Assembly: GCA_030587475.2 (NCBI GenBank)
Contig: JAUQYZ020000236.1
Location: 1 to 23,286 of the forward strand
Origin: Candidatus Sigynarchaeum calidifontis
GTDB taxonomy: Archaea; Asgardarchaeota; Lokiarchaeia; Sigyniarchaeales; Sigyniarchaeaceae
Direction of reading: 5' to 3'
DNA: 23,286 bases
Positions 6,445 to 13,949 of the stretch are shown here, in pieces; the stretch's first letter is position 1, and every line of letters starts with the position of its first letter. Under the pieces are notes generated by a model, which saw only the letters and a program-made list of their open reading frames with translations, searched no databases and was not told the origin of the DNA. A program made the translations under genes and the position numbers.

Positions 6445-9396
6445 TCAAACCAAACGACTCTTTCCCGCGGCAGGACCGTCGTGCACAAGTTCCACGGGTG
6501 CCCGTGGTTCAGCTGGTTCCATGTTATAAGATGCCAGGGGCGATGCATGGGGAACGTCTTTTTTCACCGGAGATGGTTGGAACTCTTCAAACACGGGTTT
6601 CGCCTCGGGATTGATCTGGCGCGCTTCGGGTGTAGGATTCTTGGTAAGAATCGCTGGTGACGTGGGCAGCGGGCGAGCTTCAAGCGCGGGCTGCGGAACC
6701 GGGGATCCTGGCATCGGGGATAGCTGGCTGGCTGCGGATACCGGCTGCGAAACTGGTGGTGCTGGTGGCGGGGGCAGCTGGCGTGTTTCAGGCGCGGGTT
6801 GCGGGGCCCGGGGTGGCGGCGGCGGTAGCGATTTAGCTAGCGAGACCGCCGGGGATGCCGGAACCGGCGTGTTCGTGGGCTTGCTTGCATCTACTACCGG
6901 CTTCATCGGACGGCCAGGGGTCGAGCTCGCCGTGGCGGTCGTGGGCGGAACGTGGTTCAACGCCGGCACGGATGCCATCGGGGCTGCTGTGGGGGTTACC
7001 GTGCCTTGAGGCAGTGCCTTGATCTTTTCGATACCCCCAGTACTCCGCCATGCACTCCTCTTCTTTGCCCTTCGGGCGATGCTCAGCATGCCAAGGCCGA
7101 TGAAAGCCGACCCGATGGCGATCCCTCCGTAGAGGATGTAATTGGCGAGGGTGACGCTATCTGCAGGCAAGTTCATCTGTTCCTGGGCTAGATACGGCAT
7201 TACCTTGTGCTGGAACTCTGGCAGCCACGCGATCAAGCGGCCCATGGCATGGTCCGTCAAGCCATTCTTTTCCTTGAGCGTGGAATACGCGGCCCTGTCT
7301 CCTCCAACGGCCTTCGTCCACGTCGCGATGCCTGCCTGGGTCACGAGCGAATACGAGCTTGACGTGTTCCACAAGCAGTATGCAGATTGAACGGTCATGT
7401 TGGTCGCGATGGGAACGCCCACCTCAAAGCCATAGATGATCCCTGCTTTCAACGGCAAGGGGAACCCCGGCGCCGGGAACAAGACCTTCCCGAGGATCGT
7501 GCCGTTCGCCCATTGGCTGTAAAGGAGCTCTAAACAAAACTGCTTGAGGGGCATGTTATACCCCAGCGGGCTCTCGATGAGCAAGGGTACCATGAAATCG
7601 CTGAACCCGCCAGGACACCACAGCCAATCGAGCAAGATGTCCATCTGGCTATTTGAAAGGCCGAATTCGGCCATCAATTCGCTTCTCGTGGTATTGCTCG
7701 TTTCGGCGGCGTGCCAAAGGGCTATCCCGTTGGTCATGTGGAGGAGGGACATCGGATTGGCATCGTTCCATAGTGCATAGCATTGCGCCATCGTGAGATT
7801 GAGAGGCATCGGGACACCTGGTTCCAGGCCGAAAACGGGTTGGCCCAATGCGCCGCCCGTGATCTCGTTGAGGTCGAATCCAGTAGGGTAAAGCGCCATT
7901 TCTAAAACGGTCACGTTTGCCCATTGCTCGTAAATGATCTGTTCCGCGAGCACGTCGATGGGCACCCCGTACCCGAACGAACTATTGAGCAAAATCGGTA
8001 GCAAGTGATAGCAGAACCTCCCGGAACACGACGTGTTCCACGTGCCCCATAACCAATCAACGAGCATGTTCACTTGCAGGAGTGACAAGAAGGTAAAATG
8101 GCCACGCAAGACGGACGGTGACACGCTTCCATCCTTGACCCCGTACCAGAGCGCGATGCCGTCCAGGTTCGTCAGCGAGTAGTTGTCCGCGTCGTTCCAG
8201 AGCGCGAGGGATTGCGAATAGGTCAACCCCGTCGAGTTCGTCCCAGGCAAGCAAGCTTCGAATCCGGTGGCTCCGTGCGGGATCTCATCGATCATGTCCC
8301 CGAAATCCATCCCGCCCGGATAGAGCACCTCACCTAGCGCCGTGCCGCTCGCCCAGAGCTCGTAGAACACGATGTCGGCGATCTGCGCGGTCGAGGTCAT
8401 TCCGGCCAGCTGGGGCATGAGCGTCCCCAAGAGGTCAACATAGGACGATTGCAAGTAAATTGGAATGAATAAAAGCGTGTAATAGACATCGACGGTGGTG
8501 CCCGCGATGACTTGCGGTATCCGGTTTGCTTCAACGTAGTTCATCAAGTACTGGTTGAGGTAAACCAGTTGTTGCCACGTGCAATCATATTTTGCTTGCA
8601 ATGCCGGCCGTAACCCGGCATCCGCGTTCGCGGCTTCGAAAAGGTCGAGAAAATCGGCGATGCCAGAACCGCTGTCCGTGTCCTGGAGCCACCCGGGGAT
8701 GTACCCCGGGCTGCCGGGATGCGAGGTGTCGTTGCCGTACAAGATCCGGGCTTGCGCGGTCGCGGTAAATGCGATCGCGGTATTGCAGTAGTTGGAAATT
8801 CCCTCGAGAGCGAGGATGTTGAAATTATCGCTCCAATCTATCCCCAAACCCAAGAACGAGATGTAAGCCCTCCCTTGCACGTATTGGGTGCAACTCGTGC
8901 TCGTGAAAAACGAGTTCCTGTTGAACGACGTCGTCCAGACTTGAACCTCGTATCCATCAACGTTCGTTGTCATGGTAAACCCGCTAACGAAGGTATCGAT
9001 AATCTTTGCCATGAAGGTGGCGTTCACCATCTCGTGCACGATGGGAAGGGCATTCTCCCGGATGAGCGGGAGCGCGATCGCGGGACCCATCTGGGTGATC
9101 AAGTCCTCGACTGCCGGCACGCCGATCTCCCGCACCCGCCTGAGAACCTCAGCCACGCCCCGCTCCTTGACCATGGGTTCTATCAAAGGCAGCGCGGCAT
9201 CTTGTATCCCGATGAGCCCTTGGTCCACGGAATTGTAGGTGAGGTTCTTGATGTATTCGGAGAGATAGATGCTTCCAGGCAATATAAACGCCCCCAGGCA
9301 CAGCAAGATGACGCCCCCGGCCGGCCAGCGACCCGGCGGTTTTCGGCAAGTTTGATCTCTTTTTTCGCGTTTCACGTCGATCCCTCTATAATACAA
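6445..9396 (-). CDS. Two-TM surface glycoprotein with ~140-aa internal repeats and a Pro-rich cytoplasmic tail
   Basis: N-terminal TM GGVILLCLGAFILPGSIYL and C-terminal TM YILYGGIAIGSAFIGLGMLSIA followed by RRAKKR. Three clear repeats (Y.[QL]WA...LW[ND]....SL....GIA.W...WL), about 13 N-X-S/T sequons, and a tail with LPPPPPRAP and LPPPPAPP. Start uncertain (TTG 9396 or GTG 9375). Confidence 0.85.
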   Translation of the reverse strand: MYYRGIDVKREKRDQTCRKPPGRWPAGGVILLCLGAFILPGSIYLSEYIKNLTYNSVDQGLIGIQDAALPLIEPMVKERGVAEVLRRVREIGVPAVEDLITQMGPAIALPLIRENALPIVHEMVNATFMAKIIDTFVSGFTMTTNVDGYEVQVWTTSFNRNSFFTSTSCTQYVQGRAYISFLGLGIDWSDNFNILALEGISNYCNTAIAFTATAQARILYGNDTSHPGSPGYIPGWLQDTDSGSGIADFLDLFEAANADAGLRPALQAKYDCTWQQLVYLNQYLMNYVEANRIPQVIAGTTVDVYYTLLFIPIYLQSSYVDLLGTLMPQLAGMTSTAQIADIVFYELWASGTALGEVLYPGGMDFGDMIDEIPHGATGFEACLPGTNSTGLTYSQSLALWNDADNYSLTNLDGIALWYGVKDGSVSPSVLRGHFTFLSLLQVNMLVDWLWGTWNTSCSGRFCYHLLPILLNSSFGYGVPIDVLAEQIIYEQWANVTVLEMALYPTGFDLNEITGGALGQPVFGLEPGVPMPLNLTMAQCYALWNDANPMSLLHMTNGIALWHAAETSNTTRSELMAEFGLSNSQMDILLDWLWCPGGFSDFMVPLLIESPLGYNMPLKQFCLELLYSQWANGTILGKVLFPAPGFPLPLKAGIIYGFEVGVPIATNMTVQSAYCLWNTSSSYSLVTQAGIATWTKAVGGDRAAYSTLKEKNGLTDHAMGRLIAWLPEFQHKVMPYLAQEQMNLPADSVTLANYILYGGIAIGSAFIGLGMLSIARRAKKRSAWRSTGGIEKIKALPQGTVTPTAAPMASVPALNHVPPTTATASSTPGRPMKPVVDASKPTNTPVPASPAVSLAKSLPPPPPRAPQPAPETRQLPPPPAPPVSQPVSAASQLSPMPGSPVPQPALEARPLPTSPAILTKNPTPEARQINPEAKPVFEEFQPSPVKKDVPHASPLASYNMEPAEPRAPVELVHDGPAAGKSRLV

Positions 9397-9676
9397 CCGC
9401 CATTCACAGCAATTTATTTCATTTTCATTATATATTTGGGTTGTGTTCTGGCATTGCTTGATCGTGGCGACGAGTCATAATTGGAAAAACGATAATCGAT
9501 AAAACCTAAGAACCGGGTTGAACCGAACCATGCGCCATGGACGGGGGATCACGTGGTCGTGTTGAACCTAGAACCAAGTACGGCACGTTATTTCCCCGAT
9601 TCCAGGGGTTCGTGAAATTCTTTAAAATCTAGTAGAACGTGCTTTAATCTAGCCATATACATCCCCGCGTGGTGCC

Positions 9677-10744
9677 ATGTTCCAGCTTTCTTCCATCCCC
9701 GTGATGATCTTGTTCATCACCTTTGGCATTTTCACGCTCCGCCATTCATTAAAGATTAAGCGCACCAAGGATCCGGAAATACTCGAGTTCATAGACGGAT
9801 CCACGTTTTACAACGAATTCTTGCTCGGGGCGCTGTTTATTTCATGCGGATTGCTCTGGCCGTTCATTTACACGACGACCGGCGCGTCAGCGCAAGGTGC
9901 CGAGACGCTCTACATCATGTCGAGCGCCATCATCCTCGGCTTCGGCGCGGCCTGGTTCGTCCAATGCAATTACAACCTTGTCCGGTGCAAAAAGGATCCC
10001 GAGGAGAAGCGGAAGCGGCTCGCGGAGCAAGCCAGCATGATCGAGCGCCGCAGGAATGAAATCGAATGCTCTCACGACGTTGAGATCAAGCGCAAGGTGC
10101 TCCATGTCATCCCGGGGGCGGTGATCGCCTTCATGCAGCTACTCTCCGCGGGCCTCGACAGGCTGCACGTGTTCGATGGAGACACCGGCATCGACCGGGC
10201 CTCATTCGCCCTCTTCGGCGAGGTCACGGTCGCGGGTTTCTTCTTGCTCATGTTCCAGTACGCAGAACTGCTGCGCCTGGAATCTTTCTGCCAGCTGCCC
10301 GCCTGGGCCAAGCGATGGTTCTTCTCGTCATTGAAAAAGAACGAGATGAAGAGCTTTTCCACGGCGTGCACCCTGGTGGTGACCCTTTTCCCCTTCATCT
10401 TTGGCCCGGTGCAAGTCCTGGTCTGCGTTGCCTTCGTGTCGTCGTTCGCCGACGCCGCGTCGGGCTTGTTCGGGCGGAAATACGGCAAGCGGCGGTTCCC
10501 CGCGGGGTCGTCCAAGACGGTCGCGGGGTACATGGCCGGCACGTCGTGCGCCTTCTTGATCGTGCTGGTGTTCGCGAGCTTGTTCAATTACGAGGCCGTG
10601 CCGTTCCGCACCATCATCTTGATGGCCGTGGTGGCAGCGCTCGTCATTTTTCTCGTGGACGTGTTCACGCGGACGCTATGGGACAACCTGCTCAACCCGC
10701 TGCTGGTGGGCGCCGCGATGATCGTGGTACTGGCAATCGCATGA
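9677..10744 (+). CDS. Second CTP-dependent polyprenol/diacylglycerol kinase-like membrane protein
   Basis: EIKRKVLH, FADAASGLFGRKYGK, SSKTVAG and WDNLLNP motifs; paralogous to 5049..6116. Confidence 0.85.
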   Translation: MFQLSSIPVMILFITFGIFTLRHSLKIKRTKDPEILEFIDGSTFYNEFLLGALFISCGLLWPFIYTTTGASAQGAETLYIMSSAIILGFGAAWFVQCNYNLVRCKKDPEEKRKRLAEQASMIERRRNEIECSHDVEIKRKVLHVIPGAVIAFMQLLSAGLDRLHVFDGDTGIDRASFALFGEVTVAGFFLLMFQYAELLRLESFCQLPAWAKRWFFSSLKKNEMKSFSTACTLVVTLFPFIFGPVQVLVCVAFVSSFADAASGLFGRKYGKRRFPAGSSKTVAGYMAGTSCAFLIVLVFASLFNYEAVPFRTIILMAVVAALVIFLVDVFTRTLWDNLLNPLLVGAAMIVVLAIA

Positions 10745-10825
10745 TCTGGACATTGGCTCCGATCAGCCTATCGAGGTACTCGGCGTCCCTACAGGTCGAT
10801 CACTTGTTTTTTTCTGAACACGCCA

Positions 10826-11230
10826 GCGCCACTGGTCGTTATCGGATCACGTGGTTATAACATGGTAAAATATCGATTTCCCGTGCATTCGGTTGTAAGA
10901 CAAATGCGCCACGGGAAATGAAGATACATCAACAGTGTTATTTGAATAAATTAATAATAAATTAATTTCTATTTCTATATTTTGTGCGCCGATTTTAATT
11001 TTTAAAATTTTATCAACAAATTAAGTTTGCTCTGGAAATAGCTAAATTTTTATGAAAATAATTACGGCGCATTAAATGTTATTTATTTTTTTTTATAATT
11101 GATGAATTTATTGTAATAATATCAATATTTCATACGAGAATATATGGCGCAATTAAATTTATTTTCAATCCGTGTCAATCACGATGAACCGCAGCGCATG
11201 CCGTGTTATCGATTTGTCGGACAATGGCGC
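10826..11230. repeat. Dyad-symmetric array of six GCGCC/GGCGC boxes with exact 80-bp period across an AT-rich core
   Basis: GCGCC at 10826, 10906 and 10986; GGCGC at 11066, 11146 and 11226. Hand count gives 47 G+C in 240 nt for 10921-11160. Confidence 0.85.
10876..10919. repeat. Inverted repeat/hairpin ATTTCCCGTG...CACGGGAAAT
   Basis: Perfect 10-bp arms at 10876-10885 and 10910-10919, with inner CATT/AATG pairing. Confidence 0.7.
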
Positions 11231-11268
11231 CTGGGAAATCTGCCCCGATCCTCTGGGCTTCACGGAGT

Positions 11269-11372
11269 AGGTCACTGGCGCCTATCGAGCCATGTGCACA
11301 TGGGGGGGATTTTGATGGCGCAGGTCACTGGCGCCTATCGAGCCATATGCGCGTAAGGGGATTTGGATGGCG
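11269..11372. repeat. Tandem duplication, 53-bp period, 2 copies
   Basis: AGGTCACTGGCGCCTATCGAGCCAT is identical at 11269 and 11322 and continues imperfectly through G-tract-ATTT[T/G]GATGGCG. Confidence 0.9.
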
Positions 11373-11417
11373 ATATGACCGGGACAACACGCGACTCGCC
11401 TTGATCGTACCTTTGGG

Positions 11418-11429
11418 TTATATTTAAAA
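11418..11429 (+). promoter_or_regulatory. Putative TATA box for the EWDPW-tail gene
   Basis: TTATATTTAAAA lies ~95 bp upstream of ATG 11523. Confidence 0.45.
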
Positions 11430-11522
11430 GATTATACCTCTTTGAATGGCTTAGATACCGGGTATTCGCACGTTCGATATCGGGCATCGAGATCGCTTTG
11501 GTGCCGAGCCCCGAATCTAAAA

Positions 11523-12374
11523 ATGGCGGACAACATGGAAATAGATAAATCCAGCACCATACACAAAGAAACGGCGTGGAAAATAAAGTTAGACAAGAAT
11601 GTCGTGCTCGTTTTGAACGCTATCGAAGATTCAAGCCTTCCGGAACCCACGGTATCCGTCATTCTATCGGACGGGGACAAAAAAGTAGATTTCACGATCC
11701 CGAAGGAAAAATTCTTGAACTTGACCGGCGTCTTGGATAGTTTCTCCCAGGTGTGCTTGGGCGTCGAACCGGTGCTCGCGCAAGAGGACTACGCGGTGAA
11801 GGAACCGAAGGCCCGCGAAAAGAAGGTCGAGACGGCCGAGCCGGCCCCCGCCCCGAAGCCGAAGGTGGAGAGGGTGGAGCCACCCGTGCCGGCCGTGCCG
11901 GCCGCGCCTGCCAGGCCGCCCGAACCCATTTCGGCCGCGCCAGCAGCGCCAGCCGTGCCCGCCAGGCAACCCGAGCACGCGAGGGCGCCGACCGCCGAGA
12001 GCCGCATGCTGGCCAAGCTCGACGGGGCAAAGCCTTCGCCCCCGCCGAAGGTGGCCTTCCCGCCCCGCTTCCCGGTACCGCTGAAAACAGAAGAGGAGGA
12101 AGAGGAGGAGCCCGCGGCAACCGAGGACGAGCAAGCCAAGCAGGCGGTCATGGATGACATCTCCGAGCTGGACTTCAGCTCGCCGAAACCTGAGCCGGCG
12201 CCAGCGTCACCAGCGGCATCAGTGCAAGCACGCGTGACCATCAACCCGCCAGTGAAACCGACGCCCCCGGCCGTGCCCACGAGGGTATCTGCCGCGCCTG
12301 CTCCCCCGCCGGCCAAGCCGGCGCCGCAAAAGGACGAGGAAGAGGAAGCAGCGCCGGAATGGGACCCGTGGTAG
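11523..12374 (+). CDS. Hypothetical protein: small beta4-alpha N-terminal domain, Pro/Ala/Glu-rich disordered linker, acidic EWDPW tail
   Basis: ATG 11523 (MADNMEIDK) is preferred to TTG 11442. About 80 aa globular region, then low-complexity sequence ending KDEEEEAAPEWDPW. Confidence 0.8.
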   Translation: MADNMEIDKSSTIHKETAWKIKLDKNVVLVLNAIEDSSLPEPTVSVILSDGDKKVDFTIPKEKFLNLTGVLDSFSQVCLGVEPVLAQEDYAVKEPKAREKKVETAEPAPAPKPKVERVEPPVPAVPAAPARPPEPISAAPAAPAVPARQPEHARAPTAESRMLAKLDGAKPSPPPKVAFPPRFPVPLKTEEEEEEEPAATEDEQAKQAVMDDISELDFSSPKPEPAPASPAASVQARVTINPPVKPTPPAVPTRVSAAPAPPPAKPAPQKDEEEEAAPEWDPW

Positions 12375-12483
12375 CCCTTCTACGATAGATCCGCCGGCCA
12401 GAGAAATCGAAACCTTCGCATCCGCTCTCCCCCTTTCCCTCGTTTTCCAGCGTGCGCGCCGCACGTAACCGAATGAGAGGACG

Positions 12484-12903
12484 TTGACGCCATTGCCGAC
12501 CGAGCGCGAAAAAACCTGCATGTCGTGCGCCGCTTGCTGCCGCCCGACCGAGATGCTGTTGACACCCGGCGACGTGCAGCGCATCGAGGCGAGGGGCCAC
12601 GACGTCGGGGCATGCACGGTGCCTTCCCGGCAGCATCCCCCGTTGCGCCAGCTCAAGACCGTCGGGAACCGGTGCTATTTCCTCGAAGGTCCCGGGCCCC
12701 GCGGCCCATTCTGGTGCTCGCTGTATCCCGATCACCCCGCGGGCTGCAAGCTCTACCCGCTCGTTTACGACGAGGCATCGGGCAAGGCAGTGATAGACAA
12801 GAAGGTCTGCCCGCATTGGAAGGCCTTCCAGGACTACGCCGTCGACCCGGCTCGCCGGGCGGAGCTCGCGCGCGTGCTGCGGGACGAGCTGCACATCATC
12901 TGA
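12484..12903 (+). CDS. YkgJ-family CxxCxxCC protein (second copy)
   Basis: CMSCAACC...MLLTPGDVQRI...CYFL...CSLYPDHPAGCKLYP...CPH. Confidence 0.88.
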   Translation: MTPLPTEREKTCMSCAACCRPTEMLLTPGDVQRIEARGHDVGACTVPSRQHPPLRQLKTVGNRCYFLEGPGPRGPFWCSLYPDHPAGCKLYPLVYDEASGKAVIDKKVCPHWKAFQDYAVDPARRAELARVLRDELHII

Positions 12904-12984
12904 CCTCGACGGCCGTTCGTGGTCCGACCCGGAATTCCTGCAAGGTACGATCCGTCATCTGGCCAGTCAAATGGTCGAAGTCCT

Positions 12985-13749
12985 TCACGGCTCCGCGATC
13001 TTGAGCAACAAGACTTGTTTCCTGCCGAGGAAATACGCATCGAGCTGGTCGAGCAAGTTCTTGCCGATCAAGAAGGTGAACGGGATGGAGTCGGGTATCG
13101 GCGAGAAGATGAATTCGATGTCGAACCTGGCGTCCATGATCGAGGCGATTCCGGCGTAGATCTCGGCATCCACGATGCCGCCCGCCGTGGCAATTCGTTC
13201 CTTCCGGATGGACGTGCATGCATCGACCGGAAGGTGGCCGGCCTTCAAGACACATAGCGACGAGGCCGTGTCGACCGAAGCATAACATTCCTTGCTCGTG
13301 GCCTTCCCTTCTTTTTTCACGTCGAGCTGGACGGGCAACATGGGGTATGATCTATCGCCGAAGCGGCAGTAACGCCACGCGTGCGTGCTCGCCAGGCTCA
13401 TGAACACGAATTCCTGGTTCCTCGCTCGTTCACCGTTGAACTTCATGACGAAGGGGAGATTCGGGAACTTGTGCATGGCCAGCTCTGCCAGCTCGGACGG
13501 GTTGTCACCGACGCCGACGATCGCTTCGTTGACAAAGATGACGTACTTGTCCCTTGGCACGTAGGCCGGGATCTCGACATCCTTGGCTGGTGGTAACGAT
13601 GCGACGAGCGTGTCAACGTGGATCTTGTCGTGGATGATCGTGCGGATGACCTCGCTCATTGACTGCCCGCCTGTGTCCTCGACGTACTTCTGGAGCTTTT
13701 TTTTCTCGTCGTCCTTCACGTGCACGTTGATGAGGGTCATGGCCACCAT
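12985..13749 (-). CDS. RHH (CopG-like) + DUF5678-like + retropepsin-like aspartyl protease fusion
   Basis: RHH-like TLINVHVKDDEKKKLQKYVE...SMSEVIRTII; DUF5678-like DKYVIFVNEAIVGVGDNPSELAELA; clan AA protease PMLPVQL...ASVDTAS...IATAGG...FLIGKNLL. Confidence 0.75.
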   Translation of the reverse strand: MVAMTLINVHVKDDEKKKLQKYVEDTGGQSMSEVIRTIIHDKIHVDTLVASLPPAKDVEIPAYVPRDKYVIFVNEAIVGVGDNPSELAELAMHKFPNLPFVMKFNGERARNQEFVFMSLASTHAWRYCRFGDRSYPMLPVQLDVKKEGKATSKECYASVDTASSLCVLKAGHLPVDACTSIRKERIATAGGIVDAEIYAGIASIMDARFDIEFIFSPIPDSIPFTFLIGKNLLDQLDAYFLGRKQVLLLKIAEP

Positions 13750-13949
13750 GATGATGTAGCGGATCTAGCTATATTAATACAACTGGTTTCGCTATATTCA
13801 ATCAGGTCATGCGAATCGACAGCCCGGGGCGCGTCCGGAAGGTGTTCCATGCGGTTCTATCATTCCCTCGACGGCCGTGTGTGGTTCGGTCCAGCGTCCC
13901 CGCAAGGTATTAATCGGCGGCGGCACTCGAATGCACAAGAACAGGTGAC

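Noticed and set aside
6445-6447. Selenocysteine codon
   Set aside because: The TGA lies in a low-complexity linker with no redox motif, and a T-tract ~20 nt after the final stop leaves no obvious room for a 3' SECIS.
9546-10855. GGATCACGTGGT 12-mer on both sides of the second kinase gene as a target-site duplication
   Set aside because: Several chance 12-mer matches are expected in 23 kb, and there is no transposase or terminal repeat.
11269-11372. CRISPR array
   Set aside because: Only two copies, the would-be spacers are similar to each other, and no cas genes are present.
11144-11427. ORFs 11144..11356 and 11203..11427
   Set aside because: They run through the repeat/array DNA and show no protein-like features.
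11411-11440. dif/Xer site
   Set aside because: The imperfect GGTTATA...TTATACC symmetry does not fit the 11-6-11 layout and is better explained as a TATA promoter.
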